DNA from: Eledone cirrhosa
Taxonomy: Eukaryota
Direction of reading: 5' to 3'
Length of the DNA stretch: 64,000 bases
NCBI GenBank assembly: GCA_964016885.1
Contig: OZ024744.1
Coordinates: forward strand, 39,990,001-40,054,000
Below, in pieces: positions 31,171-44,198 of the stretch. Below the pieces are notes generated by a model. It was not told where the DNA came from, made no database searches, and worked only from the letters and a program-made list of their open reading frames with translations. A program made the translations under genes and the position numbers. The number at the start of each line of letters is the position of its first letter. The stretch's first letter is position 1.

Positions 31171-32234
31171 CTCTGAATATATATATATTACAAAAAATCA
31201 CGGTCAACAACTTACATGGCAACTTACATCCATTCTTTTATCCTTTATTTCTACATCTGTTTCAATATGGTTATAATGGTATATGTATTTGCAGAACTGG
31301 AGATTATTAGTTAACAATTAACTACACCATACATAACACCTGTAACTCACATTTCTTCAGAAAATTATGAAGAATAAGACAAAGTTTACCAACCTCAGGT
31401 TCTGTCTACCAAATTCAATTGAAGAAACATTGGTAAAACAGGCTATGGTTGAAGAAACCTCTCCAAGGTGCCATACATTGGAATTAATCCTGGACCGAAA
31501 TGTTTGTGATGCAAATTCTTAATCACACAGTCATGTTGTTGTTATCACAGCTCACACCTATGAAGGTTTAGCTTGCCTCATACAAAGTTGCATATCAAAG
31601 GAGGTTTCTTGATGGTTTTAAATGGTTGAGGTCACAAGTCTTAACATAAAAAAAATCTATCCCCAGGGCTGAATGCCTGTCTGTTTCAGGGGTAATCTCC
31701 AGCTGCTGGAACTATTTTCTTTTTTTATCTAAATAGACTGAAGCATTTGCTCAATTATAAAACATGTCGAGGAATTAAATTATGTTTGTGAGTAAAAGAC
31801 CCTAACCACTAGGACACATACCATTATACACAACCATGTCTGCTTGATATTTTCTCTGGTGGAAAAGAATTCAATTCCAACAGAAGATATAGCTAATCCT
31901 ATTATTCAATATTTACAAAGAAGATTTGTCCAAGATATAAGTAAGAATTTTAGAAGGGGATGAATCTTTGAAATGTCTCTAATGGATTTAATAATCTCTT
32001 GCCAAAATATTGTTTAAGCAGGATAATAATTCCAAATCAATGAAAATATTGTAAAAATCCAAAGTACTACATTTCTTTTTGCCAGTCTTATATACCATAA
32101 CAGTGATTATGATGATGATGATGATGATGGTGATAATGACGACGTGTGTTTAAGTTTCTCCTATTTCCACATAAATGCAACATGAAGGACCAACATGGGA
32201 CTTATTTACTAGACATATGAAAACAATATTCAAA

Positions 32235-32475
32235 ATATGATCCAGAAAAACCTGAGACGACATGATAAAATCTGACCTTGCACACTTGCACCTCTCTAAG
32301 ACAATGTCACTGGATCGAGACCTTTGGTGCTAAACAATAATACAGAAGACCCGCCTTCCCTTATGCACAAAGTTAAACCTACAGTCAGTAGGCACCTCTT
32401 AACCAAATATACACCCCAACCCACTACCCCTACTCCATCCTCCCACTCCCACCCACGTCACCCTTTCTCTGAAAA
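32235..32475 (+). mobile_element. RTE-A 3' fragment
   Basis: Matches 38085-38280 (CCAGAAAAACCTG...CAATGTCACTGGA...CAGTCAGTAGGCACCTCTTAACCAA). Confidence 0.8.
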
Positions 32476-32620
32476 GTTATCTATTACCACTCTGGGACAA
32501 GGAACCTATTTCGTGTATCATTTAGTTAATTGGGCTTGCTCAAAAGTATTGATTCATATTGCTTTCATACAGCTATGACTTTGATACATTCCAAATATGT
32601 ATATATATATATATATATAT

Positions 32621-32807
32621 ATATTGTTATACTTGGGGAGGGTCATATTTGTGTAATATTGCCAGAATTAATAACAGAACACACTCACTGTTTGGTTGGT
32701 TTTCGCTTCTCGCTGCGAGAAGCGAAAACCAACCAAACAGTGAGTGTGTTCTGTTATTAATTCTGGCAATATTACACAAATATGACCCTCCCCAAGTATA
32801 ACAATAT
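32621..32807. repeat. Perfect 187-bp palindrome (93-bp arms, 1-nt centre at 32714) within a (TA)n-flanked element
   Basis: Arms are exact reverse complements, and ORFs 32559+ and 32627- give the same peptide. (TA)n at 32600-32620 and 32864-32890. Confidence 0.97.
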
Positions 32808-32890
32808 TTGTTTCGACACACGATTTCATATAAAAAAACCTCGCTAAACTAATTCATCGCCGCTATATATATATATATATATATATATAT

Positions 32891-35800
32891 CATCATCATC
32901 GTTTAACGTTTATCTTCCACGGTAGCATGGGTTTAGACAGGAATTGTCCCACGTGAGGCAAGATTAGTGTCTTGCTCGTATAGGACTGTCTAGCGGGTTT
33001 TCTACGGCTGGATGCCCTTCCTAACACCAACCACGTTTACAGTGTGGACTGGGAGGTTTTTACCGTGTTACCTACACGGCCACATTACAGCGTGGACTGT
33101 GTTTTTTTATCGTGACACCTACACGACCTCATTTATTTAGGACTGGATGTTGTGGTACCAACATAACTTTACAGAGAAAGGGGTGGTGTAGATGGGGGTG
33201 GGGGTAGTGGGAGGGGGGTGTATTTTTGGTTAGGAGGTGCCTACTGACTGTAGGTTTCGCTTTGTACTTAGGCAAGGCGGGTCTTCTGTATTACTGCGTA
33301 GCACACTTTTAAAATACAGCTGATGTCTTTCATGCGCATCACGTGACCATACCAACGTAGTCTTCTTTCGAATAAACAGCATCTGATCCCTCTTATTCCT
33401 AATTTCTCACTTAGTCCATTTATGCTTTGCCGTTCACGTATATTACTATTACACATCCAATGGAGCATGCAGGCTTCGTTCCTCTCCAGCCTACGTATAT
33501 CCTCTGCACACAATGCCCAAGTCTCACTGTCATGTAACATTGCTGTTTGTATACAGGCATCATACAGTCTGCCTTTCGTTTTTAGGGAAAAACCTTTAGC
33601 AGCCAATAGTGGTATAAGCTCTCTGAACTTTTTCCACCCCGTTCTGACTCTAGCTACAGTACTTTCAGAGCACTCTCCTCCACTGCTGATTTTGTCATCC
33701 AGGTAACGGAAGGTGTCTACTATTTCTATAGAACCATCTGGGCAATGGAAGGAGCTAGTATCCTGTGGGTACTTGCTACTACTTATTGCACCTGAGCACT
33801 GGCCACATATAAAATCTATGTTCTTAGTTAGTTTACCTGTGATCTCACTACATCTTTTATGCACCTATACTTTGCATTTGTGACATAAAATGGAGTTTCT
33901 GCCTACTCCTTTCCTACACACTGAGCATGGTCATTTCCCAGAGGGGACCAGTACCTTATTTTCCTTCCTACATACTAGAACTTTAGTCTTAGACAAGTTA
34001 ATTCTAAGGCCTTTTGATTCTAGGCCATGCTTCCATGTTTGGAATTTCTTCTCTAGTTCAGCCATTGATTCAGCTATGAACGTAAGATCATCTGCGTATA
34101 GAAGTTCCCATGAGCAGCCTGTCTTGAACTCCTCTGTTATAGCCTGGAGGGTGATAATAAATAGTAGGGGGTTAAGGACGGAGCCTTGATGAACACCGAC
34201 TTTTACGCTAAACTCTTCACTATATTCATTGTTAATTCTAACCTTGCTGACTGTTTCTTTATATATGGCTTGTATAGCTCTCACAAGCCATTCATCAACA
34301 CCTACTTTTCTAAGAGCCCACCAGATAATGGAGCGGGGGACTCTGTCAAAGGCTTTTTCCAAGTCGACAAAAGCTAAGTATAGGAGTTTACTTTTAGCTA
34401 GGTACTTCTCCTGTAGTTGTCGTACAATGAAAAGAGCGTCTGTGGTACTTTTACCTGACACAAAACCCAAACTGCATTTCATCTAGATCAATTCACTCTC
34501 TGATTAGTTGCGCTATAACTTTTTCTGTGACCTTCATGACCTGGTCAATCAATTTAATGCCTCTATAGTTTCCCCTATCTAGGGCATCTCCTTTACCCTT
34601 GTAGCAGTTAATGATGATGCTGCTACGCCAGTCATTTGGTATGACCCCATTCTGTATTACTTGGTTTACTATCCGGGAGACCAGAGTGTGTCCCACCGAT
34701 CCAGATGCTTTCAGCATTTCAGCAACTATTTCCAAAGGCCCAGTTGCCTTGCCTATCTTCATATCTTTGATTGCCTTACTTATTATACTACCTTCAAATT
34801 GCACTGCTGGTCCCTCTATTGGATTGATTTGGGGCAGACTATTTTTTTCCCACTTATCCTAGTCATTTAGTAGCCTTTCGTAGTGACACTTCCAAGCTAC
34901 CTTCTTATCAGTATCAGTGAGGGCAAGTATACCATCATCATTACGGACACACTTTTCCCCAACAATATCATGGTTTTCCTTGACACATTGTCTAGCAATC
35001 CTGAACACCTCATGTTTTTGGTCCTCACGTTGTAGAACATGCTTGAACTTTCTTTCCTCTGCTTCCCTTCTTGCAAGGTACACTTGTCTCCTAGCTTCCC
35101 TCCTGGCCACTTGATAGTGTTCTCTACTTCCCCCATCCCGCCATACTTTCCAAGCTTGCTTTTTGGCCTTGATTGACTCCTCCACCTTACTGTTCCACCA
35201 CCATGTTACTCTCCTCCTGCCTATAGGCCTGCTCCAGCCACACACTTCATCTGCCGCCTTCAGCAGGTTAGCTTTCAGGAATTCCCACTGTTCCTCTATA
35301 TTGTACGTCTCTAATTGCTCTTCCTTACTGTCGAAAGCATCAAGTAATATGCTTTTAAATTTGTTACTGGCTGTGGGGTCCTTTAACTTCCATATTTTTC
35401 TCAGGGTAGTCCTCCTCTGTTGTCGAGTACGTCTCGTCCTGACTATGAGGTCACTGACTATGAAGCTATGTTGGGAGGGGCATTCTTCGCGGGGGAGGGA
35501 TTTAGTGTTTACAATCGACACTTTGCCACGTCTTCTGGTAAGGATATAATCTACCTGACTGGCGTGTTCCCCTGATCTATAGGTGATCAAGTGATTGTCT
35601 TGTTTTTTGAAGTTAGTGTTACAGATAGTTAGGTTATTTGCGTCACAGAATTCCTCATTTCTGGTACCAAACCCATAGCCTCCATGGATTCCGTCATAAC
35701 CGTCACAATGTTGTCCAACATGACCATTTAGGTCGGCAGCAATAATTATGTAGTCACTGTCGGTTAGTTGGGAGGTAGTGAGCATTAGCGACTCATGGAA

Positions 35801-36400
35801 TCTGTCTTTTATAATGCCAGGCAGTCTAGATTGGGGTGCGTAAGCGGTCTTATTTTGATTATTCTGTTATTCACTCTATTTACGTCAATTACCTTATCTA
35901 CCCATTTTTCTGCTAACATAATTCCTACTCCACCCAGCCCATTTTCATTTCCCACCCAGAAAAGTTTATAGCATCGTTTTTTACCCACAATGAATCTAGC
36001 AGACCCACCCCTCCACCTTGTCTCTTGGACGCAACAAGCATCAACTTCCTTATGTTCAAGCATCTCTACAACCTCATTAGAGTGACCTTTTAAAGTGCTT
36101 ACATTCATGGTACCAACTCTGAAGTTTTTGATTTCGTTGGGTGGATGGAAGAGATGGGTTTGAGGTGTAGGGGGGGGGGGGGGAGGGTGGGGTGGGGGGT
36201 GAGGGAGATGGGGTTATGTTTGCCATCCGCGTCTGAAATAAAGAGGAATCCTTGTATTTTTGTCCGGCTACATGAGGTGAATTTATCTTTATCTTTGACA
36301 TTGTCATTTGAGTGTCCAGATTCTTCGTACTCTCCAGAATCCCACAGTCCATCTAGCATATCAAAGGCAACCAGGTTTAAACTTAAGGAGTGAATAGCCG
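32891..36400 (-). mobile_element. Near full-length but inactivated RTE-clade LINE (subfamily A): APE endonuclease, RT, 3' UTR and (GAT)n tail
   Basis: VQETRW, ADLNGHVG, QVDYIL, NYRGIKL, FVDLEKAFD, GVHQGSVL, LLYADDL and RRLRWYGHV across frameshifted ORFs. Tail at 32891. The 5' boundary is uncertain (possibly to about 36790). Confidence 0.95.
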
Positions 36401-36789
36401 AGGTGGTGGTTTTGTGTAAGAGATTGGTAAGAGAGACGTATAAGCTGCTGAATTATGATTGGACCATCTAATAATGGTGGCAAGTGGGGACAGGGATATG
36501 GGGAAGTTAACTAGAAGGTTATTATTTTAAATCTAAACCTATAAACGGACGTATAACAGTAATCAGTGTTTAAATACGAGAAGGTTATTAAACGAACGTA
36601 TAACAGTAATCAGAGCTTAACTACAAGAAGGAGGTTTTTGAGGGTCTGACAGAATTAACGAATAAAATTGAAAGCTTGGATTCTAAGTAAATGGACCGTG
36701 TAAAACATAGAGAGAGACAAGAAAATGGCGTAAATACAATTACATTTCTCAAACGTCCCAGGGATGAAGATTCGAAGAATTCTGAAATT

Positions 36790-37055
36790 TTCAGACCAGG
36801 TGATGTGTTGTTTCTTTGAGCAAGACACTTTATTTCACATTGCTCCAGTTTACTCAGCTGTAGAAATGAGATGATAGGGACTGGGGTCCATATCATTCCA
36901 CTGCAAAGTGGTCGTGGAGGTGCCACGGCAAAAAAGCACCCAGCACTCACTGTAAATGAGGTTGGTGTTAGGAAGGGCATCCAGCTGTAGCAATCAAGCC
37001 AGAATCAGTTCCCGTCCCACCCTTGCAAGCTGGGAAAAAGCGGACGTAAAATGGT
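36790..37055 (+). mobile_element. Headless SINE family S2 with RTE-derived 3' tail
   Basis: Body matches 63873-64000; tail matches the RTE 3' UTR at 62690-62853, then the RTE-B terminus at 61215-61255. Confidence 0.8.
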
Positions 37056-37510
37056 AAGTAAAATGATAAGAAGATACTGAAGAAGTAGAACCCCAACGAT
37101 GTGCCCTGTGGTTTCAGCTTGTTTTCTCAAGGGTACTGTTGCTCATTAGGTTCAACAGTAGTTTGGTCAGTTAATATGTAAATATGGTGTCTGTAGAATT
37201 AGGTTCCTTGTTCCGGTCATCAGAGAATGATGTGGAATCTACCTGGTGGGATTGTGGATGATCATTCTAGCGGAAGTTACCAGAGGAATACTACACTTAG
37301 GCTATTCTTAGAGAGTAGAGAGGGGGAGCAAGGAGGAAGTAAAGCACAGGTTGAATGGAAAGAAGTTATATACTTGTGTGTATCTCACAGACATACTACA
37401 CAAACCTTCACACAGATGCAAAGATAAACACATTTATGTGTATATATGTATGTGTGTGTGTGTGTTTGTATTTGTGTATATATATATATATATATATACA
37501 CATACACATA

Positions 37511-38577
37511 TGGGATCACAGGTAAGCTAACTGAGAATATAGATTTTATACGTGGCCGGTGCTCAGGTGCAATAAGTAGCAGCAAGTGCCCACAGAATAC
37601 TAGCTCATTCCATTGCACAGATGGTTCTATAGAAATAGTGGACACCTTCCGTTACCTGGGTTACAAAATCAGCAGTGGTGGAGGGTGCTCTGAAAGTACA
37701 GTAGCTAGAGTCAGAATAGGATGGAAAAAGTTCAGAGAGCTTATTGGCCGCTAAAGGGTTCTCCCTAAAAATGAAAGACAGGCTGTATGATGCCTGCATA
37801 CGAACAGCAATGTTACATGGCAGTGAGACCTGGGCATTGTGTGCAGAGGATATACGCTGACTGGAGAGGAACGGAGCTTGCATGCTCCATTGGATGTGTA
37901 ATAGTAATATACGTGAACGGCAAAGCATACATGAACTAAGTGAGAAATTAGGAATAAGAGGGATCAGATGTTGTTTACTCGAGAGAAGACTATGTTGGTA
38001 CAGTCATGTGATGCGCATGAAAGACGACAGCTGTATAAAAAAGTGCAGGGCGATAAAAATAGACGGTAGCCACGGAGTAGGCAGACCCAGAAAAACCTGG
38101 GATGACTCGATAAATTCCGACCTCACACACTTACACTTCTCCAAGACAATGTCACTGGACCGAGATCTTTGGCACTACACAGTAATACAGAAGACCTGCC
38201 TTGCCTAAGTACAAAGCGAAACCTACAGTCAGTAGGCACCTCTTAACCAAGATATACCCCCATCCCATCCCACCACCCCTTTCAATGTAAAGTTATGTTG
38301 GTACCACAACATCCAGTCCCAAATAAATGAGGTCGTGTAGGTGTCACAACAAAAAAACACAGTCCACACTGTAATGTGGCCGTGTAGGTAACACGGTAAA
38401 AACCTCCCAGTCCCACACTGTAAATGTGGTTAGTGTTAGGAAGGGCATCCAGCCGTAGAAAACCCGCTAGACAGTCCTATATGAGCAAGACAACCAATCT
38501 TGTCTCAAGTGGGAAAATTCCCGTCCAAACCCATGCTAGCGTGGAAGATGGACGTTAAACGATGATGATGATGATGA
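37511..38577 (+). mobile_element. 5'-truncated RTE-A LINE with 3' UTR and (GAT)n tail
   Basis: IVDTFRYLG, GWKKFREL and GRPRKTW motifs; near-identical to 32891-33845 in inverted orientation. Confidence 0.95.
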
Positions 38578-39167
38578 CATATACATTCACACATGAAAGC
38601 ACTAAACATGCCTAGATATGTAGACACAAAATGTACACAGCACTATATGTAATCATATAAAGACAGATAGCATGAACACACACACACACTCACATAAAAA
38701 CAGAAATAAAACAAGTATATCAGGTAAAGATGGACCTCATGGAGTTTCCATATACAGTATAGGGGGATACCATAATCTTTTTAGTGTTTTGTGACCCCTA
38801 AAGGTCTTAATCTGGTTCTATATGGACACCCATGACCCAGAAGGGGATTGAAGAATAAAATTTACTACACAGCACCACCTACATCCTGTCACATTAAAAA
38901 CAAAAGTAGAAAAAGGAACATTACCTAATATCACAGTTGCTCAAATTTTCATTAATCTCATTTCCCCTAGTATCCTAAAATATTTAATAAAAAAACACCA
39001 ACAAACTTCTATACTCCACTCCTCCAAGTTTTGACTGTAATTTATCCTATCATAGGAACACAAAATTTAGCAGATATAACTAAACCATTGAGCAACAACG
39101 CAATAACCCAAGCTACAATTTATGATGCCAACAACAGCCCTTGCAATCAAATATGAATCTCGATACC

Positions 39168-42123
39168 AGGATCAACTGTTAAGAAAGTGTTAGCTCAGTC
39201 TGTGTAAAACAGGATCAACTGTTAAGAAGGTGTTATAATTCCAGTCTGTGTATGCCAGCATCAACTGTTAAGAAGGTGTTATAATTCCAGTCTGTGTATG
39301 CCAGCATCAACTGTTAAGAATGTGTTATAATTCCAGTCTGTGTATGCCAGCATCAACTGTTAAGAAGGTGTTATAATTCCAGTCTGTATGCCAGCATATC
39401 AATAAAGTGATATAATCTCAGTCTGTGTACACTAAGATCAACTGTTGAGAAAGTGTTATAATCTCAGTCTGTGTACACTAAGATCAACTGTTGAGAAAGT
39501 GATATAATCTCAATCTGTGTAACACTAAGATCAACTGTTGAGAAAGTGTTATAATCTCAGTCTGTGTACACTAGGATCAACTGTTGAGAAAGTGTTATAA
39601 TCTCAGTCTGTGTTCACTAGGATCAACTGTTGAGAAAGTGTTATAATCTCAGTCTGTGTACACTAAGATCAACTGTTGAGAAAGTGTTATAATCTCAGTC
39701 TGTGTACACTAAGTTCAACTGTTGAGAAAGTGATATAATCTCAGTCTGTGTTCACTAGGATCAACTGTTGAGAAAGTGTTATAATCTCAGTCTGTGTACA
39801 CTAAGATCAACTGTTGAGAAAGTGTTATAATCTCAGTCTGTGTACACTAAGATCAACTGTTGAGAAAGTGATATAATCTCAATCTCTGTTCACTAGGATC
39901 AACTGTTGAGAAAGTGATATAATCTCAGTCTGTGTACACTAGGATCAACTGTTGAGAAAGTGTTATAATCTCAATCTGTGTAACACTAAGATCAACTGTT
40001 GAGAAAGTGATATAATCTCAGTCTGTGTTCACTAGGATCAACTGTTGAGAAAGTGTTATAATCTCAGTCTGTGTTCACTAGGATCAACTGTTGAGAAAGT
40101 GATATAATCTCAGTCTGTGTTCACTAAGATCAACTGTTGAGAAAGTGATATAATCTCAATCTCTGTTCACTAGGATCAACTGTTGAGAAAGTGTTATAAT
40201 CTCAATCTGTGTACACTAGGATCAACTGTTGAGAAAGTGTTATAATCTCAGTCTGTGTACACTAAGATCAACTGTTGAGAAAGTGATATAATCTCAATCT
40301 CTGTTCACTAGGATCAACTGTTGAGAAAGTGATATAATCTCAGTCTGTGTTCACTAGGATCAACTGTTGAGAAAGTGTTATAATCTCAGTCTGTGTTCAC
40401 TAGGATCAACTGTTGAGAAAGTGTTATAATCTCAGTCTGTGTACACTAAGATCAACTGTTGAGAAAGTGATATAATCTCAATCTCTGTTCACTAGGATCA
40501 ACTGTTGAGAAAGTGATATAATCTCAGTCTGTGTTCACTAGGATCAACTGTTGAGAAAGTGTTACAATCTCAATCCCTGTTCACTAGGATCAACTGTTGA
40601 GAAAGTGATATAATCTCAGTCTGTGTACACTAAGATCAATTGTTGAGAAAGTGTTATAATCTCAGTCTGTGTACACTAAGATCAACTGTTGAGAAAGTGT
40701 TACAATCTCAGTCTGTGTACACTAAGATCAACTGTTGAGAAAGTGATATAATCTCAGTCTGTGTTCACTAGGATCAACTGTTGAGAAAGTGATATAATCT
40801 CAGTCTGTGTACACTAAGATCAACTGTTGAGAAAGTGATATAATCTCAGTCTGTGTTCACTAGGATCAACTGTTGAGAAAGTGTTACAATCTCAATCCCT
40901 GTTCACTAGGATCAACTGTTGAGAAAGTGATATAATCTCAGTCTGTGTACACTAAGATCAATTGTTGAGAAAGTGTTATAATCTCAGTCTGTGTACACTA
41001 AGATCAACTGTTGAGAAAGTGTTACAATCTCAGTCTGTGTACACTAAGATCAACTGTTGAGAAAGTGATATAATCTCAGTCTGTGTTCACTAGGATCAAC
41101 TGTTGAGAAAGTGATATAATCTCAGTCTGTGTACACTAAGATCAACTGTTGAGAAAGTGATATAATCTCAGTCTGTGTTCACTAAGATCAACTGTTGAGA
41201 AAGTGATATAATCTCAGTCTGTGTTCACTAAGATCAACTGTTGAGAAAGTGTTATAATCTCAGTCTGTGTACACTAAGATCAACTGTTGAGAAAGTGTTA
41301 CAATCTCAGTCTGTGTTCACTAAGATCAACTGTTGAGAAAGTGATATAATCTCAGTCTGCGTACACTAAGATCAACTGTTGAGAAAGTGATATAATCTCA
41401 GTCTGTGTTCACTAAGATCAACTGTTGAGAAAGTGTTATAATCTCAGTCTGTGTACACTAGGATCAACTGTTGAGAAAGTGATATAATCTCAGTCTGTGT
41501 TCACTAAGATCAACTGTTGAGAAAGTGATATAATCTCAGTCTGTGTACACTAAGATCAACTGTTGAGAAAGTGATATAATCTCAGTCTGTGTACACTAAG
41601 ATCAACTGTTGAGAAAGTGTTATAATCTCAGTCTGTGTACACTAAGATCAACTGTTGAGAAAGTGATATAATCTCAGTCTGTGTTCACTAGGATCAACTG
41701 TTGAGAAAGTGTTATAATCTCAATCTGTGTTCACTAGGATCAACTGTTGAGAAAGTGTTATAATCTCAATCTGTGTTCACTAGGATCAACTGTTGAGAAA
41801 GTGTTATAATCTCAATCTGTGTTCACTAGGATCAACTGTTGAGAAAGTGTTATAATCTCAGTCTGTGTACTCTAGGATCAACTGTTGAGAAAGTGATATA
41901 ATCTCAGTCTGTGTTCACTAGGATCAACTGTTGAGAAAGTGTTATAATCTCAGTCTGTGTACACTAAGATCAACTGTTAAGAAAGTGATATAATCTCAGT
42001 CTGTGTACACTAAGATCAACTGTTGAGAAAGTGTTATCATCTCAGTCTGTGTTCACTAAGATCAACTGTTGAGAAAGTGATATAATCTGTCTGTGTACAC
42101 TAAGATCAACTGTTGAGAAAGTG
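39168..42123. repeat. 46-bp tandem satellite, consensus GATCAACTGTTGAGAAAGTG(T/A)TATAATCTCAGTCTGTGT(A/T)CACTA(A/G), about 64 copies
   Basis: GATC recurs every 46 bp (e.g. 39851, 39897); diverged units at the left edge. Confidence 0.98.
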
Positions 42124-43244
42124 TGGCAAACATTTTAAATGACATAAATTCAAAATCTAAACTAAGCTACTAAATAGTATAAGGAGGATTGGTATCACTT
42201 TGGAATAGATAATCTGTATGTAGATTACTTGATAATTCATTTCCTTTTCTTCAATGAAAAACTCTTTAATCGAAATAGATGATATATTTAATCCTATTGC
42301 TGACACAGTATTTGCAAAGAATATTTATGCAAGATATAAGTAAGATGTTTAGAAGTGGAATCATCATTGCCATATGTTTAATAGAGGTAATAATGTCTTG
42401 CCAACGGATTATAGTTTCAGCAATTTTCAGCAGGATGCCTCTGTCCATAATTCAAAATCAATAAAATCAATGAGAGAATGATAAGGATCTAAATGACTAA
42501 GTCTATAAGAATTCAGTAGATCTGAGCTCACTCTAAAATCTTTGTTGGTCTTAGATAAACATAATGAACAAATTATGTCTAATCAATTTATTGCAAGTCA
42601 ATTTACTGTCAGGTTACTCAGAACCTATAAGAGCTGAGTTCAATCAGTACATTGGTCCAAGGCCTGGAAAGCCAAAGAGGGACTCATTAATATCTGTTTA
42701 CCAAGTGGTAGTCTAGAAGAATTATAAGGGTGTTGTATGCCTCTACATTTGTTCTGTCTCACTAAACTCTGAATTCAAATCTCACCAAGGTCAATTTTGC
42801 CCTTTATCTTTTTTGGATAAAGTATCAGTCATTGGGCAGTAGTAGATTGGTGGAATTGGGAAAGAGTTGGATGGAATACTTTGCAGTATCTGATTCAGCT
42901 CTGTAGTTGTGGGTTCAAATCCTAGCTCCTTTTTCCAGAAGTTATGACCAGTAGATAGTATCAGCAATGGAAATACAAATGAAAACATAGTCTATTTTTG
43001 TCCCATTTAATGATCAGCTCTTTTTTTGAAATGATGAGTTTAAAGCTAGCCATGTTGATGGGTTGGCTTCTTGATTAAAACTTATGCTAACTCAGTTTGA
43101 GGTCTGCATTAAATTAAACTAGCTTAAAACATTCTCAAAATCATTTGCAGCAATGCTTTGTAACCTATTTGTCTCCAAAGTTAAGAAACAATATGCATGC
43201 ACAATTTGACCTGAAACCAAAATATACAATAGAAACTGAAACTA

Positions 43245-43398
43245 GAATAACAGAATGAAATAACTTGGTGACATTTTCACTTGGATGTTGACAACCAGAA
43301 TAACAGAATGAAATAATCAAGTGACATTCTCACTGGGATGCTGCCAACTGGAATAGAAGAATGAAATAACCTGGTGACATTCTCACTTGGATATTGGT
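43245..43398. repeat. Three copies of an approximately 53-bp unit
   Basis: GAATAACAGAATGAAATAAC..GGTGACATT(T/C)TCACTTGGAT at about 43245, 43297 and 43351. Confidence 0.85.
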
Positions 43399-43479
43399 AA
43401 TGAATTGTTCTAGCACCATACAAACAAGTGATCACATATGATAATGATTGAACATTTTGGGACTTAAATATAGATAGAT

Positions 43480-43730
43480 ACTGAAAGGTTATGGCACATA
43501 CTGAGATATTGTGAGACACAACCAACACATGCTAGTATTAGAATTGTCTTGTTGCACTGGTTCCATAATCTACAGTTTATGTTAGAATCATTTCTCATTA
43601 TTTTATTTTTGTATTTATTTGTGGTTAGACATTGGTCTGTTTTAGTCCAGAGCTTTTGAGCCATTTTAGGCTTTCAATTTGGTTTGCTTCTTTGTCATCA
43701 AGCCTTGCTGGTTATTGGCTATGGTCTGGT
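43480..43730 (-). mobile_element. Decayed R4/Dong-like (RLE) non-LTR retrotransposon fragment, pre-CCHC region
   Basis: DQCLTTNKYKNKIM...CRLWNQCNKTI.ILAC resembles the QDQxLxTxxY...CRxC...ETIxHI motif of R4-type ORFs. Confidence 0.55.
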
Positions 43731-44198
43731 TTTTCTCTTCAATTTTTACTTTAGTATATTTTGAAATTTCATTTTAATTCTAGCCTTTTCTTTTTTTTAT
43801 TCTTTTCTGTTGTTTTGTCTCTTACTAAATATTTTTTCAGTGACATTAGTTTCCAGTTTATAATTTATTTACTTATAACTTATCAATAAGAAGAATCAGA
43901 TGTAGTTTGCAAAAGAAAAAAGTTTGCATTGGTGTGGGTATGTGGTGCATATGGATGATGGTCATTGGGTGTAGAAGTGGTGAGAGTGGAACTCAAAATA
44001 GGGAACCTCGCAGAGGAGATGATGAAGGACTGCAACAAGTGAAGGGAGTTCGTACTAGAACAGACTTGTTTAACCCATGTGATCATAGAAAAGCTGATGG
44101 CAGTGATGGATGTGGTAATGGTGATGGTGGTCATGGTGATGTAGATGGTGGTGGTGGTGGTGATGGTGATGGTGATGGTGATGGTGATGATGAGGAGG

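Noticed and set aside
32891-36400. Active autonomous LINE
   Set aside because: Multiple frameshifts, stops and an internal deletion near 33300; no intact ORF in any copy in the window.
39168-42123. CRISPR-like regular repeats (also considered for the 30-bp array)
   Set aside because: Head-to-tail units without unique spacers, no cas genes, eukaryotic context.
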